Shown: piece by piece, positions 1-13,399 of the stretch | Numbering within the stretch: position 1 is the first letter of the stretch | Layout: every line of letters begins with the position of its first letter | NCBI RefSeq assembly: GCF_026210795.1 | Contig: NC_089429.1 | Span: 2,108,001-2,172,000, forward strand | DNA: 64,000 bases | Reading direction: 5' to 3' | Origin: Rhizophagus irregularis | Taxonomy: Eukaryota | The notes under the pieces: model-generated | What the model saw: the letters and a program-made list of their open reading frames with translations, nothing else | Told to the model about the DNA's origin: nothing | Database searches by the model: none | Translations under genes and position numbers: made by a program

Positions 1-549
1 GAAGCATACCATTGTTTTTTTTTAAAGCAATCGATTAAACAATGACAAGAAAAATTCGCGCGAACTTTTCTTGCTATTGTTCAAAGTATATCATTGTTTT
101 TTTAAAGCAATTGATTAAACAATGGCAAGAAAAATTCGCTCGAACTTTTTTTGCTATTGTTCGAAGCATACCATTGTTTTTTAAAGCAATTGATTAAACA
201 ATAGCAAGTAAAATTCGCGCGAACTTTTCTTGCTATTATTCGAAGTATATCATTGTTTATTTAAAGCAATCAATTAAACAATGGCAAGAAAAATTCGCTC
301 AAACTTTTCTTATTGCTATTATTCAAAGTATACCATTGTTTTTTTTTTTTAAAGCAATTGATTAAACAATGGCAAGAAAAATTCGCACGAACTTTTCTTG
401 GATTGTTCAAAGTATACCATTGTTTTTTTCAAAGCAATCGATTAAACAATGACAAGAAAAGTTCGCGAATTTTCTTGATACTGCTTAAAAATTAAAAAAA
501 TTAAGCAGTACCAAGGAAAATTCGCGAACTTTTCTTGTCATTGTTTAAT
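1..549. repeat. Tandem array of ~88-90 bp units ending in a long inverted repeat
   Basis: Unit ...CATTGTTTTTTTAAAGCAATTGATTAAACAATGGCAAGAAAAATTCGCGCGAACTTTTCTTGCTATTGTTC recurs ~5 times; 441-488 and 501-549 are near-perfect inverted arms. Confidence 0.85.
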
Positions 550-1589
550 TTATCGATCATGCTTTCAACTATACAGTTAAAAAGTTAAACTGTTAAAGTT
601 GAGCGGTATCTTAACAATCGTAATTATCGGACTTAGAACTTTTTAATCATATTTCTGATCAAATTATGCACATTTGTGGTTATTGTATAGATTATTGTAT
701 AGGACTATAGGCTATTTACCGTCTCTTTCTGGGTTAATTAAATCTATAATGTAAGAACAAAATTATTGGCTGATCAGTGTTGATTACCACGTGAAAATTA
801 GCCAATAGATGATTGCAGATCATTCGTTTTTGTAACGTGAATAATATAAGTTTGAAAAATACAAACTCTTTCTTTTATTTTGTTTTTACTTTTTTAGTTA
901 TTATTATCTCAGATATTACATTTATTTGTTTCTTTTTATCATTGCTTTTTTACTCAAGTTATTATTATTTCAGATATTACATTTATTTGTTTTATTTTTA
1001 TTATTTAAGAAGAATTGTGAAGTTATAATAGTTTTTTATATTGGTTAACTTTCAGTTATTACTAATTATTTATTTTGACTTCTTGAACTTTTCTAATATA
1101 GACATGTTTATATACTTAATAAAGTAGGTACAGTCATTTATTTTCTTTTCTTTTTTTTGTCTTTATTTATCCTTTTCTTTTATTACTACTAGTTTTGTCT
1201 TCTTTTAATCATTACTAATTTTATTTTACTAATTTTATCTTTTTATTACTACTAATTGTATCTCCTTTTTATTGCTACTAATTTTATCGCTACTAATCTA
1301 ATCTTTAATAATTTCATTTTTTTGTTACTACTAATTCATCTTTAATTACTACTAACTACATCTTTTTATTACTACTAATTTCATCTTTTATTAATTTTTT
1401 ATTACTACTAATTTTATTTTTTTATCTTTTTTATCACTATTAAAATTGTACCTTCTAACTTTTCTATATCTGATTATAGTATTTTTAATTTAATAATAAA
1501 ATTTAATAATTATAATGACAAATTTTCATGTTAAATATATAAATATATAAATATATATTATATATAAAAATACCGTAGTAATAATACAT

Positions 1590-2600
1590 ACGTTGTACAC
1601 TGAGACATAATACTGTTCGCAAATAACCACCAGTGTAAAACATACGTTATTCGCAAATAACAACAAGTATAAAACATACGTTATAAGCTGAGGTATAATA
1701 CTGTTCGCAAATAATAACAAGTATAAAACATACGCTATAAACTGAGGCATCATGCTGTTCGCAAATAACAACAAGTATAAAACGTACGTTATAAACTGAG
1801 GCATAATACTGTTCGCAAATAACCACCAGTGTAAAACATACGCTATAAACTGAGGCATCATGCTGTTCGCAAATAACAACAAGTATAAAACGTACGTTAT
1901 AAACTGAGACATAATACTGTTCGCAAATAACCATCATGCTGTTTGTAAATAACCACCAGTATAAAACATACGTTATAAGCTGAGGTATAATACTGTTCGC
2001 AAATAATAACAAGTATAAAACATACGCTATAAACTGAGGCATCATGCTGTTCGCAAATAACAACAAGTATAAAACGTACGTTATAAACTGAGGCATAATA
2101 CTGTTCGCAAATAACCACCAGTGTAAAACATACACTATAAACTGAGGCATCATGCTGTTCGCAAATAACAACAAGTATAAAACGTACGTTATAAACTGAA
2201 ACATAATACTGTTCGCAAATAACCATCATGCTGTTCGTAAATAACCACCAGTATAAAACATACGTTATAAGCTGAGGTATAATACTGTTCGCAAATAATA
2301 ACAAGTATAAAACATACGCTATAAACTGAGGCATCATGCTGTTCGCAAATAACAACAAGTATAAAACGTACGTTATAAACTGAGGCATAATACTGTTCGC
2401 AAATAACCACCAGTGTAAAACATACGCTATAAACTGAGGCATCATGCTGTTCGCAAATAACCACCAGTATAAAACATATGTTATAAGCTGAGGTATAATA
2501 CTGTTCGCAAATAACAACAAGTATAAAACGTACGTTATAAACTGGAATACCATGATGCTGTTCGCAAATAATCACATACGTTATAAACCGAGATATAATA
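1590..2600. repeat. 54-bp minisatellite with higher-order (~290 bp) periodicity
   Basis: Unit CTGTTCGCAAATAACAACAAGTATAAAACGTACGTTATAAACTGAGGCATAATA with alternating variants; it produces the repetitive 18-aa ORFs in the track. Confidence 0.9.
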
Positions 2601-2788
2601 CTGTATATAAGTATAAAGTATACAAATCTTCACTATTTAAAAATACCGTGTATATAATACGGTGTGCAAAATACCGAATGTATATCGTATGTGAAAATAC
2701 TGTTAAAATACTTTAATGATACTGTAATGATACTGTTCGCAAAATACGGTAATACCGTATGTTAACCGTATCCATATTTTTTATAGGG

Positions 2789-4060
2789 CTATAAAAAAAA
2801 GAAAGAATGGTTAGTAAACCATTCATAATAATAATAAATAAAAAAAGATTAAAGATTCGTACTTACGAATCTTTGGGTTTTCGTTCTTCGGAAGACCACC
2901 CGAACCTATAAAAAAAAAAGAAAGAATGGTTAGTAAACCATTCGTAATAATAAATAAAAACAAAAATTAAAGATTCGTACTTACGAATCTTTGGGTTTTT
3001 ATTCTTTGGAAGCCCACCTGATCCTAAAAAAAAGAAAAGAATGGTTATTAGTAAACCGTTCATATATCTAAAAAAAACAAAAAAAAAAGAACCAAGATTC
3101 GTACTTACTTACGAATCTTGGTTTCTTGGTTTTCCATTCTTCGGAAGCCCGCCAGATCCTAAAAAAAAAGAAAAGAATGGTTAGAACCGTTCATATATTA
3201 AAAAAAAAAACAAAAAAATTAAACCAAAATTTGTACTTACTTACGAATCTTGGTTTCTTGGTTTTCTTTTCTTCGAAAGTCTGCCAGATCCTAAAAAAAG
3301 AAAGAACGGTTATTAGTAACCGTTCGTAATATTTTTTTTAAAAACAATAAAAAAAAATCCAAGATTCTTACGAATCTTTGGAATTTTCCCATTCTTCGGA
3401 ATACGGAAGCCCACCTGAACCTATAAAAAATAAAAGAACGGTTATTAGTAACTGTTCGTAATATTTTTTTTAAAAAAAATAAAAAAAATCCAAGATTCTT
3501 ACGAATCTTGGAATTTTCCCGTTCTTCAGAATACGGAAGCCCATCCGATCCTAAAAAAAAGAAAAAGAACGGTTATTAGTAACCGTTTATTAATATTTAA
3601 AAAAAAAATCAAAAAAAATAAAACCAAGATTTGTACTTACTTACGAATCTTGGTTTCTTGGTTTTCCTTTCTTCAGAACAAGCAAGCCTACCCGATCCTA
3701 AAAAAAAGAAAAAGAACGGTTATTAGTAACCGTTCATAATATTAAAAAAAAAATAAAAAAAAATAAGATTCGTACGTGAATCTTTGGGTTTTCGTTCTTC
3801 GGAAGCCCTCCCGAACCTATAAAAAAAATACAAGAACGGTTAGTAAACCGTTCGTAATAATAAAAAAATGACAAAAAAAAATTAAAGATTTGTACTTACG
3901 AATCTTTGGGTTTTCCGTTCTTCGGAAGCCCACCCGAACCTAAAAAAGAAAGAACGGTTAGTAAACCGTTCATAACGATAATATTTAAAAAAAAACAAAA
4001 AAAAAAAAAAATATTTGATTCGTAATATAATATTTACGAATCTTAAAATACTCTTTCGGA
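2789..4060. repeat. Degenerate ~115-125 bp tandem array
   Basis: Recurring CCTAAAAAAAAGAAAAGAACGGTTATTAGTAACCGTTC...AAGATTCGTACTTACGAATCTT...TTCTTCGGAAGCCC; each unit has two short palindromes. Confidence 0.8.
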
Positions 4061-4064
4061 AATC

Positions 4065-4625
4065 CATCTCCTTTCGTTTTACCCTTCCCCTTTCATTTTA
4101 CCCTTTCATTTTACCCTTTCGTTTTATCCTTCCGTTTTACCCTTTCGTTTTACCCTTTCGTTTTCCCCTTTCTTTTCCATTTTCCTTTTCCTTTCGTTTT
4201 ACCCTATCCCTTTCGTTTTTAGCTTCCCTTTCGTTTTTAGCTTCCCTTTCGTTTTTAGCTTCCCCTTTCATTTTTAGCTTCCCCTTTTGTTTTTAGCTTC
4301 CCTTTCGTTTTTAGCTTCCCCTTTCGTTTTTAGCTTCCTCTTTCATTTTTAGCTTACCCTTTCGTTTTTAGCTTACCCTTTCATTTTTAGCTTCCCCTTT
4401 CGTTTTTAGCTTCTCCTTTCGTTTTTAGCTTCTCCTTTCGTTTTTAGCTTCCCCTTTCGTTTTTAGCTTCCCCTTTCATTTTTAGCTTCCCCTTTCATTT
4501 TTAGCTTCCCCTTTCGTTTTTAGCTTCCCCTTTCGTTTTTAGCTTCCCCTTTCATTTTTTCGCTTCCCCTTTCATTTTTCGCTTCCCCTCTCGTTTTCTC
4601 TTCCCCTTTCGTTTTCACTTCCTCT
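4065..4625. repeat. ~18-19 bp pyrimidine-rich minisatellite
   Basis: (TTCGTTTTTAGCTTCCCCT)n, more than 20 copies. Confidence 0.9.
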
Positions 4626-5364
4626 TGAAACCTATAAAAAAACAAGAACGGCTGGGAAACCGTTCTATAATATTAAAAAAAATCCACTATTCGTAATAAT
4701 ACTTATGAATCTCAGTCACGTCTTGGATCTACAAAAGCAAAAAACGAAAATGTTAGTAAAACGTTTCGTTAAAAAACAACAAAATAAAATTTGAAGGTAT
4801 ATATATACCTTCGAAATAGGAGTCCGGCCTTCTAAATGGGCGTCTTGGACCTACAAAAGAAAAAAAACTGAGGGACAAAGGGAAAGGGGAAAGGGGAAAA
4901 GAATAAGAAAAGTAAAGGGACGAAGGGAAGTGAAAGGGGGGAAAGAGGAACGAAGGGAAAGGGGAAGGGGAAGAAAGAAAATTAAAAAAAGTTTAAAAAA
5001 GAATGCAATAAGATGATCCTTTTTTAAACTTTTAATATGCGTAACGCATAATGCGTAACGTTTATTCAACAAGATTGAATATATGTCTAATCATAGATCA
5101 TTACTAATTGAAGTGGAATTTTTTAATTTTAGTCGAATATAGGCCAAATTGTATTAAGGCCGAATATTCCTTTTTCGACTAGTGTCATCCCTTGATTATT
5201 TTCTATGTACAAATCTGGTTATCAATGCAAATACAATTATGAATCTGATTGTTTATTATTCTGATTGTTTGTTATTAATCTATTTGAATCACTATTTAAA
5301 ATATAATAAATAACATATAATTTTTTTTTCTTTTTTTCTTTGACCTTTGTCGTATAATTTGAAA

Positions 5365-6350
5365 ATGACGGGATGGAAAGAAACGAAAAAATATCTGGAT
5401 GAAAAGTTCAACCAAATAAATAAAAAAATCAAATAAAAATATAGATGAAGTTCGAACAGAAATTGGAGAACTATTCAAGCTATCAATTCGATCTGAACTT
5501 ACACAAATGTATGGTCTTCATTATACATCTAATTTTGAAATTTTTGATTTACATGGACTAATACGTCTTGTTTTGCCAAGAACACATTTTTCATATAAAA
5601 ATCCTACATTTGATAATCAAGCTTGCATCACTGAATTTTGCATAAACAAAATCGCTAACTTCATATACGTAAGTTATTATAAATGAATATCTCTTGCATT
5701 TGATTCTTATTGTAACACTTAATAACTCTAAAACAGGAACATAAGATGAGGGATCATCTCGATCGTTCAATTAATTACATTCGTAGATTACCGAAGTCAA
5801 CGAATTATAACCAAAGATTGCATGAACTTGCCGATAGAGCGGAAAATGCTGTCAAGAAGTGGAAAGAGTATGAAGGTAAATTTTGTTAATTTTGTCAAAG
5901 ATTGAAAATAAACAAAATGTAACCTAGTCTTAATTTATCCAATTAGACAATAGTACTTCTTCTGAAAAATGGAAATATTTATCAAACACAAGATCATTAT
6001 CAATAATGATCTTAACTGCTTATGTATTGGATGCCGAAACCGCAATAAAAATAAGCAGGTGCGTACACATGTGTTTTAAGTATGGAATTTGAGTATAATT
6101 TATTTGTTTTTTTTTGTTTTATTATAGTCTCCATTTTTAGAAGTTATCGATATTGACGTTCGAGGACGAGTAATGTGCCAATATTCAGACCTTATAACAA
6201 ACATTAATGTTGAAATAGGAGAGATCAAGAAATTGGTGGAAAAGATGCTATGAGCAAAGGATACTGACAACTCATGTTACGTTTGGCTTGTACTTAATTT
6301 GCCGTTCAAGCACTTTTCAAAAATTCTAAACGTAACATGCCAGGAATTCT
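5365..6350 (+). pseudogene. Multi-exon disrupted gene, possibly PD-(D/E)XK nuclease-like
   Basis: Three GT-AG introns (~5669-5736, ~5876-5946, ~6059-6127). Manual translation gives ...EVIDIDVRGRV...NVEIGEIK...GY*QLMLRL, with frameshifts and stops. Confidence 0.4.
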
Positions 6351-7566
6351 CTTCGTCTCAAAAAAGGACATGAAGTATCATCACCCGAGTGGGATGATGT
6401 CAAATTTCCTGATTTTCCTGAATCAAATTTCCATAAAAATATTATGTCGGTTACAGTTGGATCAAAATTGTAATATGACAGGAAAATCTTTATGTGTGCG
6501 TCGGTGATTATTTTATTTTAATATACAGCTTTCATGTACATATAGTAATTATCTTTTTTAAAAAAAATTATGTCTTCAACTAAATCATGATTCGCATTAC
6601 TAATCACTTTTTTAAGGTGGTTCATAAAATTGATTGGTTTGCAATAATTAGGCCAGCTGACTGTGTGATGGGAACAACAAAAAGAGTCAAATTTTTTTTG
6701 GTAAATAATTTTTGCAAATTTTCGCAGTTCTTTTAATCTTTTAATATTTTACAGATATTAATCTATAATTAATTAACAGCAAGCATTTAGAAATAAAACG
6801 CAAATAACTTCTCGTATAATGGAGGAATTGGCCGAACGAGAAGTGAAAGAAATTTATGTCGTAATATAATAATATAATAGCAGTATATAGAACTTTTTCA
6901 ATTGTATCTTTATAGCTTTATCAAGAAAACTTGTAATCTTAGTTAGCAGTTTGCATATAAATTTGAAATTTTAAAACTAATTTTTATGCATGCATCAGGA
7001 ATTTTTTCCGTATAAAGAAATTCACATTGAATCTCGAAAAATTTCATTTGCTTATTTTTGAAGTACCAAAGGCACAAACTAATAAGTAAATAGGGGTCTG
7101 AAAACGTTGTAGATAAATGTTAAAGTAAGAAAAATGGAAAAAATTTAAAGCTATGAATAATCTCTACTCATTAAGGTTTAATTAATTGTCAAGAACTTGA
7201 AACTTCTTGAGTTCTAAACATGGAAATATCAAGCATGAGACTGGGTATCAAGAGATTAAGTAAGAAAATATCAAATATGAGACTGGATATAATTATATCT
7301 TGTGACATAATATTTGAAAATTAGGCAAAATAGTTATTGTGAATTTGTAGCAACTCAGTAAATACAATATGATACTGCTATTTTTATCAACTTAAGAATA
7401 AATAATTTTAAATGATTTAGGTGGTGCATGTTCGGTAAGCTTATTTATTGCACGGCCCTATAGGACAAGTTCTTTAAATCAAGATTTATTGTACATACTG
7501 GTAAAAGTATAATAATATACAAGCAAAATTAAAAAATATCATGAAAAAATGAACTTTATTCACAAT

Positions 7567-9231
7567 TCAAAGTTCTTGTACAAATTCAAATAAATCTATT
7601 GACAAATCAAAATAATTTAAAACTTGAATACCATACAATTCAAATCCCTTCATCTCATACCACAGAGAATAAAAACGCCCAAATTTAATACTTTCTAAAA
7701 TAGCCAAATAATCAACCCTTTTCTTTTTCACAATATATTCCTTTATATAAGGAATAATATCTTCATCTGTTACTTCCTTTTTAATATTTTTGATTAACAA
7801 TTTTTTAATAAAGGTATTTTGAGAATTTTTTAAAAATGTTTCCAAATCACTTCCATTAATTGCAAGATACAATTCCAAATATTCTAATTTAAAAGGAAGA
7901 ATTTGTCCCAAATTTTGTAATATATTTGAACTTAATTCAATACAATCATCAATATTATCAATATAATCATCAATACTATCATAATAGCGAATGGTAACAT
8001 CAATTATAAGATAATTAAGATTTTGTTTAATATTTTCAATTAAGTTGAATTCTAAATAATTATTTTGAATATATCTCAAAGAAGAAGACAAAATTTTAAT
8101 TTTACTACAATATTTTATAATAAATTGTGGTAATGGTTGGGAATTATAGACAAGATTTTCTAAATAACTGCCAGACTTTTGTATTAATGGTTCTAATAAT
8201 TCATCCATTTCATTCAAAAATAAAGATTTTAATTTAAATGGTTTTGTAATATTAATAATCTGTTGAATAAATTTAGAATCTATAGATTTACAATAAAGAA
8301 TATGAATTGATTCTAAAACATTCAATTGATTAAATACTTCACTTAAAATATCCATATTTTCAAAATTAACATAACAAAATACAATTGTATTTAATGTATT
8401 TAAGCAATTAGAGTTTTTTAATGATAGTAAGGAATGGTTTAAGGAGTAGGAGAAACCTTTACAATCAAATGAAATCTTTTTAAGATTTTCTTGAGATTTA
8501 ATTATTTGTGATAAACTTTTTTCAACTATTGAATAATCCTTTTCATATTTTGGAAATAGAAAATAAAGTGATGAGATTGAATTGCAATTAGAATAGATTA
8601 ATGTTAAAAGTCTTGTTATATTATTATTCATCACATTACTGGCTAATTTAAAATTTTTGATATTAAAAATGAAATTTGGATTTTGTAAAGTTAATTCAAT
8701 AATCTTATCAACATCGCTATGTACAGAAATAACTTCAAAACTATGCAAATTGACTTCGGTTTCAATGAACAATAGGAATAATGATCTAAAAATAAGGTTT
8801 TTAAAATTTGACACTTGTGAATATGATAAATTTGCATTTTTCATAGAATAAACTGGCTTTTTGGTTGTTGAATACCTAACAGTTGCAAACCATTCTTCAA
8901 TAGAATTATAAACTTCATATGTATTTAAATGTTGAATGAATTTAGGATAATTAAATAATGTATTCGATTTTAATATGCCATTATGAATTACATATTCATT
9001 TAATTTTGTTTTATAATCATCATTTAAAAAATGTAAATAAATTTCAATAAAATGATGATTTTTAGTTGGACTTGAAAAAGGATCTTCCCATAATAATGGG
9101 ATTGCCAAACTACACCATAATCTATTAACCAATATACATGAATGTAACGTTTTATAATCATTATGAAAATATTGTATAATATCATCTATTAACTCTGGTA
9201 AATCTCCTGAAAATAACTTTGAACACGTCAT
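7567..9231 (-). CDS. F-box / LRR (RNI-like) protein, Glomeromycotina-expanded family
   Basis: 554-aa ORF; N-terminal F-box-like LPELIDDIIQYF...LHSCILVNRLWCSLAIPLLWEDPF followed by degenerate LRRs. Confidence 0.85.
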   Translation of the reverse strand: MTCSKLFSGDLPELIDDIIQYFHNDYKTLHSCILVNRLWCSLAIPLLWEDPFSSPTKNHHFIEIYLHFLNDDYKTKLNEYVIHNGILKSNTLFNYPKFIQHLNTYEVYNSIEEWFATVRYSTTKKPVYSMKNANLSYSQVSNFKNLIFRSLFLLFIETEVNLHSFEVISVHSDVDKIIELTLQNPNFIFNIKNFKLASNVMNNNITRLLTLIYSNCNSISSLYFLFPKYEKDYSIVEKSLSQIIKSQENLKKISFDCKGFSYSLNHSLLSLKNSNCLNTLNTIVFCYVNFENMDILSEVFNQLNVLESIHILYCKSIDSKFIQQIINITKPFKLKSLFLNEMDELLEPLIQKSGSYLENLVYNSQPLPQFIIKYCSKIKILSSSLRYIQNNYLEFNLIENIKQNLNYLIIDVTIRYYDSIDDYIDNIDDCIELSSNILQNLGQILPFKLEYLELYLAINGSDLETFLKNSQNTFIKKLLIKNIKKEVTDEDIIPYIKEYIVKKKRVDYLAILESIKFGRFYSLWYEMKGFELYGIQVLNYFDLSIDLFEFVQEL

Positions 9232-10678
9232 ATTGTCAAACGAAAAGAAAGAAAGAAAGAAAAGGGGGATACTGGAATTAGAAGTTACGCCATTTTATTT
9301 TTCATTTGTCAAACAAATATATTATAGTTTGATCGCTATATAAAAATGTTGTGCGACAAAATATCGGAACTACAAATACCGAAGCGATACAATCACGTGA
9401 CGACTTCCGGACGTTGAAATATGGTGGTGTCCCGAAAATTAAAACAGTCTACATAGAATTCATACAAGCTTCAATGTAGCACTAGCTTAGAGTTCTTGTG
9501 TTTTATAAGGAGTTTGCACTTATCTTTTTTTTTATTTTTTTTAGCTGTTTTTTTAATATTGTAAACGGGTAATTAATTTTTTGGCCTATAACCTTTTGTA
9601 TTGGAATTGGAGGTTTTGAGATTTCCGATAAAACGTTAGGTTAAATAAAGTTATTGCGTTGTTGTCATGAATTTTGGAAAAAAAAAAGTTATTAATCATA
9701 AACTAATAAAGTTAATATTATATTTTAAAGTATTTGTACATAAAAAAAAGGTGATCTTTTTATACTTTTTTTTAATATAAATATTTTTTTTTTTAAGCCT
9801 ATCAAAGTTATTTTTTGGTAAAGATTTTTGATAAATAATAGAATCTATTAAATTATTATTATTATTATTATTTTAATGGAGTTTTTTGATTTTTTTTTGA
9901 TATTAATTTGCTAAAAAATTTTTTTTTTTGGTAGATTTTATACTAGAAACCAACAATCCGTCGATTTCCTTCCTCTTATGTTCCGATATCCCATATAATG
10001 ACTTGTCAGTTTTGGTATTAAATCACATTGCGTAGTAAAATAATACTACAACTCAAGTACTTCACTTTTTAACATAGATATTATACATACTATCTTGATT
10101 AAATATAAATTCTGTTACATAAAAATTATCCTCCGTTTCGATGATTTTATTAATGTTATTTTTTCCTGTTTTTACAGAATTTTTCTTTATCGACTGATTT
10201 TAGTTTAGTGTAGGCGTATTACATAATCCGGCTAATCCGTTTATGGTTAAAATTTACAAATTTACAATGGTGCACATGCAAAGTCACGAGTTATGGCGTG
10301 CCGATATTCAAAATGATGTCCAATAATTTTTGACCTCATTTTTCTTTTTTCTTTTTTTTTTTTTATTTAAATTTTCAAGTTTGTTAATAAGTTCCTTAGT
10401 TCGGCAATTCTTATTAGCTATTTTTAGTATTCGTTTTAATAAATCTCGGAAATATTTATATAATTTTAGTTTAGTTGGCAAGCATTTTAGAAACTAGAAA
10501 ACTTTTTTCTTTGTTAGTAATATAAAAAAAAAATTTGCAAAAAGAAAAAAAATAGATTCACCTCCTTTAAAATTTGAATTTAAGGTGATTGAACTAGGAA
10601 CTAGGATTAAACGCAAAAAAAAAGAAAAAATACGAATATCCTGAAGAACAAGTCGAATTAAAATATTACATTATCATT

Positions 10679-11635
10679 ATGGTAAACGCTCAGGAATGGT
10701 TTGATGGAAAATACTCAACTGCTGAATCCAAAAGAGCAGTCGAAAGAATAGGTCCAAAAGAAGAGTTTAATAAAAGAATCGAAGACAATATAATTTCAAT
10801 ATTTGGCGGGGGTAGGCCTTTATCAACTCTTCTTCTCGGTATTGATGATATGAAAAGCAGAACACTCAATGAAAATATTAGTTTAGAAGGTTCTCTAACT
10901 TTAAAAGGATTCCTTAATTTAGAATTATTGGATATCAGTAACAAAAAAATTACTACATTAGACGTATCTGATTGTCCTCAACTCCGTGAATTGGATTGTT
11001 CTAATAATCAACTCACCAATTTGACCATATCTGGTTCAAATAAAATTGAAAAAATTCTTTGTGGTAATAACAGATTATCAAATTTAGATTTCTTAAAAAG
11101 TCAAAATCCTGCCAAATTAATTACCCTTCGCATGGACAACAACAATTTTCCTACTCAAAATTTGAAGTGTTTTACTCCTTTTATTAACTTACGTATATTA
11201 TGCATAAGTAACAATCCTTTTACTGGTTCTTTAAAACCATTAAGAAATTTATCTAGTTTAAAGGAAATAAATATCGCTGATACCAACATTGATGGTGGTT
11301 TAGAGTATTTACCTGATGAATTTTTTAACGTCAATGCCGTTGCTTCTGGCTTTAATTTTGGAAGAGGTCACTTTAATAGAAGACTTTTTTGTACTGGAAA
11401 CTTAGCTAAGCAATTAAGCGATTACAAAATCGAAGATGACTCCTATAGAAATTATGACTGGCAAGCCTGGAAGTTAGATAATCAAGAATTAATTAAAAAA
11501 GCTAGAGAAGAGATCGAAGTTAACGAACTTAACGAAGAATCAATTAAGTTGCAAGAATGGGAATCAATATCCAAAGAAATTAAAGAGTTATATGAACAAC
11601 TCCGATGTAATATTTATCTAAAAACTCATATCTGA
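10679..11635 (+). CDS. Leucine-rich repeat protein (MVNAQEW-type), intronless
   Basis: 318-aa ORF with LxxLDxSNNxLTxL repeats (LELLDISNKKITTL, LRELDCSNNQLTNL, LRILCISNNPFTGSLKPL) and a coiled C-terminus. Confidence 0.85.
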   Translation: MVNAQEWFDGKYSTAESKRAVERIGPKEEFNKRIEDNIISIFGGGRPLSTLLLGIDDMKSRTLNENISLEGSLTLKGFLNLELLDISNKKITTLDVSDCPQLRELDCSNNQLTNLTISGSNKIEKILCGNNRLSNLDFLKSQNPAKLITLRMDNNNFPTQNLKCFTPFINLRILCISNNPFTGSLKPLRNLSSLKEINIADTNIDGGLEYLPDEFFNVNAVASGFNFGRGHFNRRLFCTGNLAKQLSDYKIEDDSYRNYDWQAWKLDNQELIKKAREEIEVNELNEESIKLQEWESISKEIKELYEQLRCNIYLKTHI

Positions 11636-13399
11636 ATAAACAAACCTAAGTCATTTTTCAAGAACTTGAGTATTATTTCTTGGATTCGAAACGAAATTAA
11701 GCTTGAATTTTATTTTCAGATTTATTTTCGTTTAGAAATTAGGAGTTAGGGTTGTAAGTTTAATGTTTTATTTGATTTTATCATTATATTTTTCTTTTAT
11801 ATTGAAGAAAAGTAGCTTTTCAAAGTCAAATTTCAATTTTAAAATTTAAAAAAGCACAAAATATTATGGTTTAAAAAATTCTTTCCTAAAACCGTTTTAA
11901 ACTTATAGTTTATTTATAACCCCAATCCTTATTATTTCTAAATATTATTATTTTTTTTTATTATTTCTAAATTTATTTTTATTAAAGAATAAAAAATAAG
12001 TATAAAATCATGTGTAATATGGTTTTTATGGAAATGTATAATTTTGCGTTAACTAAACATGGTTACGTTTTGGCTATATTTAATCATAGTAATATATGAC
12101 TACATTTATTTATCTAACTATGCTTATCTGTAATTATATTATATTTAAATTCTGCAAAAAACCTCGTCACATAAATCAACACCAAAAATTCTGATCATTT
12201 TTTTCCAACCTTCCGAGGCTTCAATTATATATAAACAAACTTACTCCTAATGAAATTCTTAAGTATATCCATAATGGAATATTAGATGACCTTGCTTTTT
12301 ATTATTAATAGAGCATTTATGGACTTTATGTGAAAATTTTTTGTGCGACATTTAAATAAAATTTTATTAATTAAGATACGACAATATCTTAATATACTGT
12401 GATTGTTGAATTATTAATAGATACTCGTTATAAGAACTGCGTTAAGCTTTTAAAAATTCGTAAATGTCCCGAATGCTCAGAGAAATTATCCGTAAAAGAA
12501 TTAAGACTAATATCTTTAGACAATATTGGAAAGGCAAAACAACACAAAATATTAATGCAGCTGATGAGAATAGTAATACGAAAGAAATTTATGTTGTATC
12601 ATTAAATGGGCAAAAGTGCAATCAAATTAAAAATAGAAAAAAAATTAGAAAAAAATATGAAAGTAAACAAAAATTAATTTATAATGATGTTGAATTGCAG
12701 GTAATTTATTAAAATTATTTCGTCTTATGTGAGATGGAAACTGGTTATTAACTCAATTAATTTAAATTCATTTCGTTATATATTTAAGAATCAAATTACC
12801 ACACCTTGTACGTTACAAGATTATAAAATTTAGCCAGGAAGTCTCATATACAATTGTTTATTGTACTTTATGCAGAATCCATCAAGAATACCATCTTTGA
12901 TTTATTTTGGGGTTATCCCACAAGTGGAAATCAAGATTATTTGGAGGGAAGTTGTTTAATTTACAAGGGGTAGATATCACAATTTCCTTAAAGAAATATA
13001 ATTTAAATTGAACTACTATCTCTAAGATTAATTTTGTTATGTTATTTTAGTGATGTATTTTTTAGAAAATATATGATCATACGTCAGTATTCTATCCATC
13101 ATTTCCAGATATGAGACATTCAGGCGATATTGATGGATAATGTAAATAAAAGAGATATTAGAAAATAAAATGCTTTCAAATTCACACTTAACTAAACTAA
13201 ATAATAAAATATAAAAGAGAGATTAAGAAAATGAAGATACGAAAAAAAGAGAAAATGGTAGAAGACAAAGGGGAGATAAATAAAAAAATATAAATCCATA
13301 AAGTAAGTAACATAATAAGGAATGAAATACAAGAACGAAAATACGAAAGCAAATAGAAAAACAATGATGTCAATACGGAATGGAGATATAACTCATGCC

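Larger units (their letters stand above)
1..2788. mobile_element. Probable right part of a CCCTA-terminated (CACTA/CMC-like) non-autonomous DNA element; left end outside the window
   Basis: Ends TTTTTTTATAGGG at 2788 (revcomp CCCTATAAAAAAA), like the CCCTATGAAAAAA TIR at 46301/47710. It carries tandem subterminal arrays and interrupts a unit of the next repeat array. Confidence 0.4.

Noticed and set aside
1526..2575. Four overlapping hydrophobic ORFs (128-218 aa)
   Set aside because: By-products of the 54-bp minisatellite being open in several frames; no unique sequence
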